Below are positions 19,829 through 29,344 of a DNA stretch of 64,000 nt, in pieces. The DNA lies in the IMG/VR virus record IMGVR_UViG_3300046758_000611, positions 106,222 to 170,221 of that record; one strand, 5' to 3'. The stretch's first letter is position 1. Every line of letters begins with the position of its first letter. Below the pieces are notes generated by a model. That model saw nothing but the letters and a program-made list of their open reading frames with translations, made no database searches and was not told where the DNA came from. Both the position numbers and the translations under genes were made by a program. Origin of the DNA: a virus.

Positions 19829-19926
19829 ACAAAAAGAAACATTTGCCCCTCTCGTTTTACGGTTTGGACACCCCTTATTGGTCGTTATGCCTACATTCCC
19901 TATGTAGGAAGATTTAAATATAATCT

Positions 19927-19955
19927 AATATATAATTGTATAAACAAAACGTCAA
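19927..19955 (-). promoter_or_regulatory. sigma70-like promoter of tRNA cluster
   Basis: TTGACG-N17-TATATT on the minus strand. Confidence 0.65.
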
Positions 19956-19959
19956 TAAA

Positions 19960-20568
19960 TTAAAAAGAAGAATTTTTAAATAAATAAGGTTTCCATTCCT
20001 CTCTCATGACATTACCTACTTCATAAAATGGTTTTGGTGGACTTGCTTTTAAGATTTCCCCTTTGTAGTCATAATATGGAAATATACTACCTTTTCTTGA
20101 GTTGCACTTTACACAGGTCAATGTTAAATTAAAATAATCATTGTCACCACCCTTGCTTTTTGGTTTGATGTGTTCTATTGTCAATTTATTTTGAGGAAAG
20201 TGTTCACCACAAATTTGACAAATGCCTTCGTATTTTTTGTAGAGATATTTAATTGAAGGTTTTCTTTTTGAGTTATATGTAAAATTTGCAGTAGTGAGAA
20301 GAATTGTAGGCACTGGTATAACATGGTTAACCGACCGAACAAAAGGTTGCTGGTCGTAAAAACCATGCTTGTATTCAAGCCATTTATTCCAGTCACAGGT
20401 GGTGCCGTCACTTGCAACTGCCATTACTTTTGGTCGTGTTTTGTGGAATCTCTCGGTTGCACCCATAAGTTTCTTTAAACCTTCTTTTACCGAAGTTACA
20501 TTTAAAGGTGTCCAATAGTGAGTCAATAGCAACACTAAATTTTCCGATGTAGTAACGTATTGATACAT
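19960..20568 (-). CDS. HNH endonuclease
   Basis: CQICG...TIEHIKPKSKGG...NLTLTCVKCNSRKG. Confidence 0.9.
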   Translation of the reverse strand: MYQYVTTSENLVLLLTHYWTPLNVTSVKEGLKKLMGATERFHKTRPKVMAVASDGTTCDWNKWLEYKHGFYDQQPFVRSVNHVIPVPTILLTTANFTYNSKRKPSIKYLYKKYEGICQICGEHFPQNKLTIEHIKPKSKGGDNDYFNLTLTCVKCNSRKGSIFPYYDYKGEILKASPPKPFYEVGNVMREEWKPYLFKNSSF

Positions 20569-20656
20569 TTCTTAATAATATTATATAAATATATATGAAA
20601 ATTCAATCTTAAAATTAAAGTTGACTAATTTAAGTGTTTCTGTTTTTAATATAAAC

Positions 20657-21067
20657 ATGGAAACAAACAAATACACAGAGTTTATTCTACTTGAACTTAT
20701 TGCTAAATCAAATAAATTCATTGAAGAATACTGCAAAACATTTCCTTCACAGGATATAAACGCAAGATTGTTTAAAGCAGATACATCGTGCTCATGTCGA
20801 AAGGAATTAATAGATTTTTACAACGAAACAAAAGAAAAAATTAATAAATTTTTATCTGACTTTATTTCTAACAATCCGAGTGAAATCAATCTTAAAGAGT
20901 TTATTACTAAAATGGAAAGTAAGTATATAGGTGGAACAACACATCGTGTAAATTGTTCTGATAAAGACTTTTATGACTTTGTAAATAAAATAAATTCAGA
21001 AGGATCGTTATACAGGTCGGTGTGTAGTTTCAAAGAAAAAGACTCTATCGTTTTTATGTTTTTTTAA
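20657..21067 (+). CDS. Hypothetical protein
   Basis: ATG 20657 downstream of a TTGACT element. Confidence 0.55.
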   Translation: METNKYTEFILLELIAKSNKFIEEYCKTFPSQDINARLFKADTSCSCRKELIDFYNETKEKINKFLSDFISNNPSEINLKEFITKMESKYIGGTTHRVNCSDKDFYDFVNKINSEGSLYRSVCSFKEKDSIVFMFF

Positions 21068-21144
21068 TTTTTACTTGCCAAATAATTCAAATCAATATAA
21101 TATAATATCTATAAACTTTAATAAACACATTAACCCTAAAAATT

Positions 21145-21330
21145 ATGAATACAACAAAAGAACTATATGAACAAATTCGCAATTTATTTGAGGAATTTGA
21201 AGAAAATCATAACAAAAACGTAGAAACCGGTGTTAAGGCTGCAGGTACCCGTGCAAGAAAAGCAATAGGGGAAATTAAAAAACTTGCTACCGTATATCGT
21301 AAGCAATCTATCGAAGACTCAAAAAAGTAA
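21145..21330 (+). CDS. Histone H1-like Hc1-family nucleoid protein
   Basis: GVKAAGTRARKA...KKLA..YRKQS signature. Confidence 0.8.
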   Translation: MNTTKELYEQIRNLFEEFEENHNKNVETGVKAAGTRARKAIGEIKKLATVYRKQSIEDSKK

Positions 21331-21348
21331 TCTCAATATTATAAAATT

Positions 21349-21597
21349 ATGACAGATAACAATAAATCAAATATCACAGTAGAAACAACTGTAAATAAAA
21401 CAAGAAAGAAACTGGTAGTTAACTGGCCAACCGGTAAATTTACAATTTCTGATCTAGAAAAAAATCATCCAAGTGCCGTTCCAATCACACTTAGGTTTCG
21501 TGTAAAAAAAGCACTTGAGTCTGGTATCATTAAACCGGCCGGGAAAATTGAAGGAGAACTCGGTCGTCCTGCAATGTTGTTTGAAACAACACAATAA
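21349..21597 (+). CDS. Small putative winged-helix DNA-binding protein
   Basis: FTISDL, ITLRFRVKKALESG, GRPAMLF. Confidence 0.5.
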   Translation: MTDNNKSNITVETTVNKTRKKLVVNWPTGKFTISDLEKNHPSAVPITLRFRVKKALESGIIKPAGKIEGELGRPAMLFETTQ

Positions 21598-21676
21598 AGT
21601 AATCTAGTACAAATTTCAAAAAAAAATATAATAAAATCAATTACATATATATTTATATAAATATTCAAATAAGATT

Positions 21677-22414
21677 ATGTTCGAAGACTTAGACAACAAC
21701 TTTAAAAAAAATGCAGCCAAACCAATTCAGACTGACGTCAAGAAGATGGATACTGCTGAAACCTCGTATAACGATGAACCAAAAGAATATTACGAAAAAA
21801 ATTTTGAGAATAGTCAAATGTCAGGATTATTATCTATATTTGATGAAAAACTTAAAAGTCGATTAAAAAAGTCAGAAGAAAAAAAAGAATCAAATGAAGA
21901 TTATGATACCATTAACTTTTCTGAAAAAAATGTAGTAATTAAAAGTAATACTGCACCGAAGGAGGTTACCGAAGATCAAATATCTTCGTTATTACAATCT
22001 AATTTATCAGAAAGTTCTGTAAAAATAGTATCTTCTTCTGAAAAAAATAAGGTTGAGGTAAAGTCAACCCCGCCGAGTGAATTTTCGTCTGCTCCAACTA
22101 CTACCCCTTACGAGGCAACAGTACAAAGTGTTGATCCAAATCATAATATTAAAATATTTAAGGATACTAATACCGCAACCCCTCGTTACGAAACAACTCA
22201 AACTTTGGTTGATCCATCTAGTAATTTGCAAAGTATGAATTACAGTGGAGCAACTGGACTTTCTCAAGCAATAGGGCAAGGCACTGACTCACATAGAATT
22301 TCCGATGATGAAATTGCTATGCACTTAGCAAAGCATAATCAGAAAAAAGAAGAAGAATCAGAAGAAGACAGATTAAATTCGGTTGTTGAGGTACCTGAAC
22401 ACTTAAAAACATAA
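21677..22414 (+). CDS. Hypothetical low-complexity (S/T/E-rich) protein
   Basis: 245 aa ORF with ATATATTTATA upstream. Confidence 0.6.
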   Translation: MFEDLDNNFKKNAAKPIQTDVKKMDTAETSYNDEPKEYYEKNFENSQMSGLLSIFDEKLKSRLKKSEEKKESNEDYDTINFSEKNVVIKSNTAPKEVTEDQISSLLQSNLSESSVKIVSSSEKNKVEVKSTPPSEFSSAPTTTPYEATVQSVDPNHNIKIFKDTNTATPRYETTQTLVDPSSNLQSMNYSGATGLSQAIGQGTDSHRISDDEIAMHLAKHNQKKEEESEEDRLNSVVEVPEHLKT

Positions 22415-22415
22415 A

Positions 22416-23636
22416 GTGCAACTTTCCGACCACTTTAAAAAGTTCTACAACATGAAACCATATCTTCTTATTGAAGAGGAAGAGTGGAAGAGCATAATTC
22501 AAACGTATGAAAAAGAAGATGTTGTAGAAGAATTGGCAAAAGTTTTGCACACCTATCCTGTTCCGTTACCTGAGATTACCGAAAAGCAAACTCTTGATAG
22601 TTTAAATAAGTTAAAAGGAATAAAGCATAATGATGTGCTTGTAGAAAAAAGATGGTTTCCTCGTAACGAAAGAAAAAGTAATTATCATTTAAACTATAAA
22701 GGTTCTCAGTATCTATTAAAAAGAAACAATTCAGGTAATAATGCTTCTAATCCATTTCATGTAGAAACTCGTTGGAAAGTAGATTGGACAAGAACACCAA
22801 GTGGTTGGAAAACTTGGCAAACAGTCAATGGAATCAAAACAATCGTTCGTGCTTATTGGACATTAGATAAAGTTCTCAATCGTGTTGATGTAAATACTCT
22901 TCGGGTAGCTACAACTCTTCGTAAGTATGTCGCATCGCAATTCAAACCAGCAGTTGCAAAAGCATTTTACGATCACTTTCAAAGCAAGAACGTATTAGAC
23001 TTTAGTGCAGGTTGGGGAGATAGATTAGCAGGATTTTATACAGGTGAAACCACAGAGCATTATGTGGGAATTGATCCCAATACACTTAACCACCCCAATT
23101 ATCAAAAGCAAATTCAGTTCTATGAAAAGTATTCTACATTTTTTGAACAAGATAGAAAAGCAGACTTAATAGAAAGTCCTGCCGAAGATGTAGATTATTC
23201 CCAATATGACAATTACTTTGATACGGTGTTTACAAGTCCACCTTATTTTAATACAGAAAAGTATTCAGACGATGATACGCAATCTTGGGTGAGATATAAA
23301 AAGATAGATGACTGGAATGAGAGATTTCTTCACACTACACTTGGTAAAATAATTCCGACAATAAAAAAGAATGGTATTCTTGCGGTAAACATAGCAGATG
23401 TATTTAATGCTCCTATCAATGACTATGTTGAAATTACGAACCCGATGAACGACTTTATTAAATCAAAGGGTCTTGAATATATTGGTTGCATTGGAATGGA
23501 AATGACGAAACGATTTAATTCAGGTGGTGCGGGTAATGCCAAGAGTGAATATTTTTCGGAAGACCTAAAAGAAATAACCGAGGAGACTAAAGATATTGCG
23601 TTTGCAGAACCTATTTGGACTTGGAAAAAGGTTTGA
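22416..23636 (+). CDS. SAM-dependent amino-DNA methyltransferase-like protein (paralog of 12285-13874)
   Basis: LDFSAGWGDR, GIDPN, FTSPPYF, NIAD, EPIW. Confidence 0.8.
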   Translation: MQLSDHFKKFYNMKPYLLIEEEEWKSIIQTYEKEDVVEELAKVLHTYPVPLPEITEKQTLDSLNKLKGIKHNDVLVEKRWFPRNERKSNYHLNYKGSQYLLKRNNSGNNASNPFHVETRWKVDWTRTPSGWKTWQTVNGIKTIVRAYWTLDKVLNRVDVNTLRVATTLRKYVASQFKPAVAKAFYDHFQSKNVLDFSAGWGDRLAGFYTGETTEHYVGIDPNTLNHPNYQKQIQFYEKYSTFFEQDRKADLIESPAEDVDYSQYDNYFDTVFTSPPYFNTEKYSDDDTQSWVRYKKIDDWNERFLHTTLGKIIPTIKKNGILAVNIADVFNAPINDYVEITNPMNDFIKSKGLEYIGCIGMEMTKRFNSGGAGNAKSEYFSEDLKEITEETKDIAFAEPIWTWKKV

Positions 23637-23695
23637 CATCCGTTAATTATAATATATATTTATATATATATACATAAACTTAAACTTACAAAAAA

Positions 23696-23986
23696 ATGGA
23701 TTCAGACGAAAATAGAATTGAACAAGAGTCTCTTGACTTTTTAACGAAGTGCTCGGTTGATGACTTTGTTGCGTTGTATGAACATATGACACTATCTAAA
23801 CTAGAAGAAGTTCAAACCGACAACACTAACCTTATTTACACAATAGTTAAATCGGAGGGTGACCCTGACGAGGTGGGAACGCAATTAACATTCAGTAAAA
23901 TGGTTGAAGGTGTTGAAGCAATTTTTGGAATGACTTATGACGATTTAAAACTATTACACGAAAAAATAATAAAAATTAAAAAATAA
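23696..23986 (+). CDS. Hypothetical protein
   Basis: ORF after TTGACA and ATATATTTATA elements. Confidence 0.6.
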   Translation: MDSDENRIEQESLDFLTKCSVDDFVALYEHMTLSKLEEVQTDNTNLIYTIVKSEGDPDEVGTQLTFSKMVEGVEAIFGMTYDDLKLLHEKIIKIKK

Positions 23987-23987
23987 C

Positions 23988-24212
23988 ATGGAAGTGGAAA
24001 CAACAAAACTAACATCACTTTTTACAGGACTAATTGGAATCGTAATTTTGCCAATTGGATTTATTTGGGCAGTAAACACATCATTTAATCTTAATATTCA
24101 ATATACATTTTTGAATTGGTTAAGCATAGTTTTTCTTCAACTTTATTTCCAAGTTGTAGTAAGAGCAAGTGTAGGTTCAGTTAACTCAAACAAATCAAAA
24201 AAAAATAATTAA
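23988..24212 (+). CDS. Small membrane protein (2 TM)
   Basis: Two hydrophobic segments. Confidence 0.6.
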   Translation: MEVETTKLTSLFTGLIGIVILPIGFIWAVNTSFNLNIQYTFLNWLSIVFLQLYFQVVVRASVGSVNSNKSKKNN

Positions 24213-24254
24213 AGACTTTACGTATGATTATAAATCATATATATTTATGTATAT

Positions 24255-24596
24255 ATGAAATACGATAATATAGCAAAATTCACATTTGATTATACTTGGA
24301 GAGATTCTGATGACAATCTTGTTTCAAGAACAAGACACACAACAACAGAAGAAACTCTTGGAGAAGTATTGAATGCGTTTGAATTGTTTTTAAGAGGTGC
24401 TGGATTTCATTTCGATGGTCATCTTGAGTTTGTAGATGAAAACGACAATCCTACAAATACAAGTTACACAAATGTAAATCAACCTGAATTTCAGAATCAA
24501 CAATTAGAGTTTGATTTTGTAAAAGAATTATTCACCGACTTGGAAAATTTTGATAAAGATACTGATATAGATTTGGATGACGAAAAACGCAGTTAA
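24255..24596 (+). CDS. Hypothetical phage protein
   Basis: LGEVLNAFELFLRGAGFHFDG pattern familiar from T4-like phages. Confidence 0.65.
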   Translation: MKYDNIAKFTFDYTWRDSDDNLVSRTRHTTTEETLGEVLNAFELFLRGAGFHFDGHLEFVDENDNPTNTSYTNVNQPEFQNQQLEFDFVKELFTDLENFDKDTDIDLDDEKRS

Positions 24597-24936
24597 TTTA
24601 TCATTTTATTCTGACTTAAAAACACAAACAAATACAACTCAAGTAGTACATTGCAAAAAGTCCAAATACGATGTTTATATCGGACGGCCTTCTTTGTGGG
24701 GCAACCCCTATTCTTCAAAAAAAGGAACTCTTGCCAAGTATTTCGTTGGAAGTAAATCAGAAGCAATACAAAGTTATGAAAAATATTTAGAATCGTCTCC
24801 TAAATTATTAGAAGCACTTAAGAATTTAAAAGGAAAACGATTAGGATGTTGGTGCAAACCAAAATCTTGTCACGGAGATGTTATCGTAAAATTAATAAAC
24901 AAATATTATTCAGATGAAGATATTATCAGCAGTTAG
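24577..24936 (+). CDS. DUF4326-family protein
   Basis: YDVYIGRPSLWGNPY, LKGKRLGCWCKPKSCHGD. Confidence 0.85.
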   Translation: MTKNAVNLSFYSDLKTQTNTTQVVHCKKSKYDVYIGRPSLWGNPYSSKKGTLAKYFVGSKSEAIQSYEKYLESSPKLLEALKNLKGKRLGCWCKPKSCHGDVIVKLINKYYSDEDIISS

Positions 24937-25390
24937 ACATTCAGGAAAAACATATCATAGCAAATCACTTAACTTTGTAGATTGTGATAAAATAATTGGA
25001 GAAGCAATTGGATGGCCACCTCACTTTGATAAAAAAGAGTTCTCCGGCAAAATATATTCTTCATCTTTAATTGACGAACATGAGGTTGCCGTTCAGTTTT
25101 CACGTGATTCTTGGAAAGTTCTCGAAAACTATACAAATGAAAATGATGTAATTTTAAGTATACCTGAGGTTTGGAGTGCGAGAAGTTTTTGGGAATGGCC
25201 TATTAAACCAGATGTTCTTGTAACTATTGATGAAGAACGACATAAGCAAAATTTGTTGGAAATAAGTCAAAATCATATGTGGGGAACTATAAAGTTTTGG
25301 AGACAAATGCTTGAACATGAAGCAAACGAAAATAATATTAGGGTTGTCAACACCTTTGAAGATGCGATATATTATTTAAATGAAAATTAA
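24914..25390 (+). CDS. Hypothetical protein with degenerate P-loop (possible nucleotide kinase)
   Basis: SAVRHSGKTY followed by VDCD; adjacent to dUTPase. Confidence 0.45.
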   Translation: MKILSAVRHSGKTYHSKSLNFVDCDKIIGEAIGWPPHFDKKEFSGKIYSSSLIDEHEVAVQFSRDSWKVLENYTNENDVILSIPEVWSARSFWEWPIKPDVLVTIDEERHKQNLLEISQNHMWGTIKFWRQMLEHEANENNIRVVNTFEDAIYYLNEN

Positions 25391-25907
25391 GATAAAAAAT
25401 ACTGGAACTATTGTACCAAAAAATTTAACGCAATACGATGTGGGTTATGATTTAGTTGCATCGTCTCATCCTGCTATCTCGGGAGAATATGACGAAGAAG
25501 CACAGGCCTGGTCACGAATAGATTATATTCAGTATCACACAGATTTATATATCGAACCATGTGTAGATGATAAAGTTTATCACACTAATATTTTTCCAAG
25601 AAGCAGTATCAGCAATAAAAATCTTATGCTTGCAAATTCAATCGGATTAATTGATGCTGGTTATCGTGGAGAGTTACTTATTCGTTTTAAATATATTACT
25701 CAACCAGAAGATATTTATGCAAAAATTAAAGGTCATTGTACCCAAGTTCCAATGCTAACCAATGTTAATATGGAAAAAATTTACAAAAAAGGTGAACGCA
25801 TCGCACAACTTGTAATTGCAGAAACGCATAAAGTTGAATTTGAAATCGTAGAAGAGTTGTCAGAAACGGACCGAGGAAAAGGTGGATTCGGAAGCACAGG
25901 TGCTTGA
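25380..25907 (+). CDS. dut: dUTPase (trimeric)
   Basis: GYDL, PRSS, GLIDAGYRGE, RIAQL, RGKGGFGSTG. Confidence 0.95.
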   Translation: MKIKIKNTGTIVPKNLTQYDVGYDLVASSHPAISGEYDEEAQAWSRIDYIQYHTDLYIEPCVDDKVYHTNIFPRSSISNKNLMLANSIGLIDAGYRGELLIRFKYITQPEDIYAKIKGHCTQVPMLTNVNMEKIYKKGERIAQLVIAETHKVEFEIVEELSETDRGKGGFGSTGA

Positions 25908-25932
25908 CTTTTTATATAAAATAAGATACGAT
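25904..25932 (+). promoter_or_regulatory. sigma70-like promoter of polB operon
   Basis: TTGACT-N17-TACGAT, 8 nt before ATG 25941. Confidence 0.6.
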
Positions 25933-25940
25933 AGTATTCA

Positions 25941-28448
25941 ATGTACCAAAATATATTCGTAAGCAAAAAGGACAACACAATTTATTTGTGGGATGATAAA
26001 CAAGGTTTAGTAACCTACAAAAACAAACCATACGCATACAGAAAGTCTCCGAACGGAATGTATCGTAGTATGTATGGTGACAAGTTAGAAAAGGTAACTA
26101 AGTATCGGTATGAAGATGCAGGTTTGTTTGAATCAGATGTTCCTATTGAAACACGTAACTTAATTGACCTTTACGAAGATGACGATGAACCAAGTACAGG
26201 TCATTGTGTATTAAACTTCGATATTGAGGTTAGTATGGAAGGAGAGTTGCCTGACACAGAACGAGCAAACAATCCTATTACTTCCATTGCGTATCACGAT
26301 AGTTGTTCTAATAACTATGTGGTTCTTGTTTTAGACAAGGAAGATAAAATCACCGACTATTCTAATGATGAAGTTTCGGTTTATTCTTATGATACAGAAC
26401 GAGCAATGCTTGAACACTTTCTTGATTTTTATCAAGAGATTAGTCCGACAATATTGACCGGTTGGAACATTGATTACTTTGACGTTCCTTATTTGTATCG
26501 TAGACTCGCAAGAGTTTTAGGGCAAGGTGATGCAAATCGTTTGAGTCCTATTGGACACGCATATTATCATCAGTTCAAGAAACGTATTGTTATTGCAGGT
26601 GTTAGTTGCTTGGATTATCTTGCGTTATACAAGAACTTTACATTTAGTGTTGAACCAAGTTATCGTTTGGATGCAATTGGTCGTAAAGAAGTTGGTATTG
26701 GTAAAGTTGAATACGAAGGTAATCTTGATGATTTGTTTTCACAAGATATTGAGAAGTTCATTGAATACAATTTGAACGACGTAAAGATTGTTGTTGAGAT
26801 TGATAGAAAGATGGAACTCATTGAATTGACTCGTAGCATTTGTCACGTTGGACACGTTCCGTATGAAGACATTTTATTTTCGTCTCGTTATCTTGAAGGT
26901 GCATTGCTTACTTATCTTCGCAGACACAATCTTGTCGCACCAAATAAAGACCCAAATGGTCGTGAACGATTCAATGAAATTAAAGGTGACGAATCCAAGA
27001 AGTTTAGTGGAGCATATGTGGCTGCACCGACACCTGGCAAATACAAGTGGGTGTTTGACTTGGATTTAACTTCTCTGTATCCATCTATTATTATGTCCAC
27101 GAATATTTCACCAGAAACCAAAGTGGGTGTTGTTGATAATTGGAGTCCCGAGAAGTTTTGTGACGGAGAACAAACCGAAGTTGGATTTCGTGGAGAAACA
27201 TATTCAGCAGATGAGTTCAAGGCATTTCTAAAAGATAACAATCTTTCTATCAGTAGCAACGGAGTTATGTATACCAAGAATAAGGTCGGACTTATTCCTG
27301 CGATTCTTGATCAATGGTTCAACCAACGTGTTGAGTTCAAGAACAAAATGAAAGAGTATGGTAACTCAGGTGACGATGCAAAGTATGTGTTCTATAAAAG
27401 ACGTCAGCACGTGCAAAAGATTCTTCTTAATTCGTTGTATGGTGTTCTTGGTTTGCCTATCTTTCGGTTTTATGATGTGGACAATGCAGAAGCAGTTACG
27501 ACCACAGGTGTGTCCGTGATTAAGTTTAGTCGCAAGATTGCGAATCACTATTACAATAAAACACTTGGTGATACAGAAGATCATTGTATATACATTGATA
27601 CCGACTCGGTTTTCTTTTCAGCATTGCCTATCGTAGAAAAAACGATGCCTCACGTTGATGTAAAGAACGATGACGAAATGGCAACTGCAATTCTTGAAGT
27701 TGCGGGTGATGTACAAAACTTCATCAATAAAAGTTATGATGTTATGGCAAAACGTTTCTTCAACATTGAAGAGCATCGTTATGACATTAAACAAGAAGTG
27801 ATTGCCAAAGCAAGTATGTGGTTGGCAAAGAAACGATATGCACAATGGATTATCAACAACAACGGTGTTACTTGTGACGAATTGGAAGTTAAAGGTCTTG
27901 ATGTTGTGCGTAGTAGTTTTCCAACTCGGTTTCGTAAGTTTATGACGGAAATCCTCAAAGATATTTTGAAGGATGTGCCGAAAGAAGAAATTGATGAAAA
28001 GATTGTTACACTCAAAAAGCAAGTTAAGAACGAGTCGGTTGATGATATTGCAAAGACGAGTGCAGTTAAAAATATATCCAAGTATGTAAAGATGATGGAT
28101 AAAGGTGCAGTTATGGGTGAGTGTGCAAAAAGTACACCCGCACACGTTAAATCAAGTATCATTCACAATCAGTTTCTCAAAAAGTTTAAAATACAAAGTG
28201 AACCTATTCGTAATGGTGAAAAAATTAAGTGGATTTATTTGAAGAACAATGAACTTGGTTTAGATGCACTTGCGTTTCGTGGTTATGAAGACCCACCACA
28301 ACTTATGGAGTTTATTGAGAAGTATGCAGATAAAGATAAATTGTTTGAACGAGAACTTGAAGGAAAGTTGCGTGACTTTTACGATGCACTTAGTTGGGAC
28401 TTTGCAAGTGAGAATCTTGCAACTGCTCAAAAGTTTTTTGCTTTCTAA
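25941..28448 (+). CDS. Family B DNA polymerase (T4 gp43-like)
   Basis: DIE, GWNIDYFD, YNLND exonuclease motifs; DLTSLYPS, KILLNSLYG, YIDTDS, KKRY. Confidence 0.97.
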   Translation: MYQNIFVSKKDNTIYLWDDKQGLVTYKNKPYAYRKSPNGMYRSMYGDKLEKVTKYRYEDAGLFESDVPIETRNLIDLYEDDDEPSTGHCVLNFDIEVSMEGELPDTERANNPITSIAYHDSCSNNYVVLVLDKEDKITDYSNDEVSVYSYDTERAMLEHFLDFYQEISPTILTGWNIDYFDVPYLYRRLARVLGQGDANRLSPIGHAYYHQFKKRIVIAGVSCLDYLALYKNFTFSVEPSYRLDAIGRKEVGIGKVEYEGNLDDLFSQDIEKFIEYNLNDVKIVVEIDRKMELIELTRSICHVGHVPYEDILFSSRYLEGALLTYLRRHNLVAPNKDPNGRERFNEIKGDESKKFSGAYVAAPTPGKYKWVFDLDLTSLYPSIIMSTNISPETKVGVVDNWSPEKFCDGEQTEVGFRGETYSADEFKAFLKDNNLSISSNGVMYTKNKVGLIPAILDQWFNQRVEFKNKMKEYGNSGDDAKYVFYKRRQHVQKILLNSLYGVLGLPIFRFYDVDNAEAVTTTGVSVIKFSRKIANHYYNKTLGDTEDHCIYIDTDSVFFSALPIVEKTMPHVDVKNDDEMATAILEVAGDVQNFINKSYDVMAKRFFNIEEHRYDIKQEVIAKASMWLAKKRYAQWIINNNGVTCDELEVKGLDVVRSSFPTRFRKFMTEILKDILKDVPKEEIDEKIVTLKKQVKNESVDDIAKTSAVKNISKYVKMMDKGAVMGECAKSTPAHVKSSIIHNQFLKKFKIQSEPIRNGEKIKWIYLKNNELGLDALAFRGYEDPPQLMEFIEKYADKDKLFERELEGKLRDFYDALSWDFASENLATAQKFFAF

Positions 28449-29344
28449 TGGCAAACTATAATCAAATACTTCCAATCAGAAAAGATTGTAGAATTGATGA
28501 ACAATTCGGTTGGTTGCCTTTGAGTGTATTAGAACCAAGTCGTGATCATCGTGAACAATGGCCGGAAGCATATCTTGATGATGGAATTCGTGAAACAAAA
28601 AGAAGTAAAGATGCAGAGAATCTTCCTGGTCTTAGATTCAGTGAGTTTCACGCAGGATTAGCAGAGCAAATTCTTCGTTATTGGAGTATGCGTGGAAGTG
28701 TAATCGTAGACCCATTTTCAGGTCGTGCTACACGTGCTATGGTTGCAAGTAAACTTGGTCGTAACTATCAAGGTTACGAAGTATCAAAGCAAACATATGA
28801 TCGTTGTATGAAGCATTTTAAAAAGTTCAAGGTATCACCCAAACTTTTTAATTGTGATGGAACAGAGATGTTATATACACGAAATGAAACTGCGGATTTG
28901 GTATTTACTTGTCCTCCGTATCACAATCTTGAAAAATACGAAACTGCAAAAAATCAATTAAGTGAATGTGAAACATACGAAGACTTTATGACTCAAATTC
29001 AAAAGTGTGGTAAAAATATAAATCGTGTTTTGAAACCAGGAGCATTTTGCGTATGGGTTGTTTCAGATTGGAGAGATATGACAGGTAGTGGTCTTCGTAG
29101 TTTTCATTCGGACTTGATTACTGCATTTGTAAACGAAGGAATGATTCACCACGATACAATTATTATGAAGAATCTTAGTCCGTTTGCTTATGTTCAATGT
29201 GCGAAAGTAGCAAGCAAAAGATACACAAGTAAAATACACGAATATATTATGGTTTTTCGCAAAAAAGGTGAATATGAAATACCCGATTATTGTGAGCAGG
29301 ACGAACTGCGTGTTAATTCAAATAAGTTTTTTAGTTATGAATAA
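28448..29344 (+). CDS. DNA amino-methyltransferase
   Basis: DPFSGRATR (motif I), FTCPPY (motif IV), RVLKPG, HEYIMVF. Confidence 0.85.
   Translation: MANYNQILPIRKDCRIDEQFGWLPLSVLEPSRDHREQWPEAYLDDGIRETKRSKDAENLPGLRFSEFHAGLAEQILRYWSMRGSVIVDPFSGRATRAMVASKLGRNYQGYEVSKQTYDRCMKHFKKFKVSPKLFNCDGTEMLYTRNETADLVFTCPPYHNLEKYETAKNQLSECETYEDFMTQIQKCGKNINRVLKPGAFCVWVVSDWRDMTGSGLRSFHSDLITAFVNEGMIHHDTIIMKNLSPFAYVQCAKVASKRYTSKIHEYIMVFRKKGEYEIPDYCEQDELRVNSNKFFSYE

Noticed and set aside
25941-28448. Intein or intron in polB
   Set aside because: Continuous 835 aa with normally spaced motifs and no intein signatures
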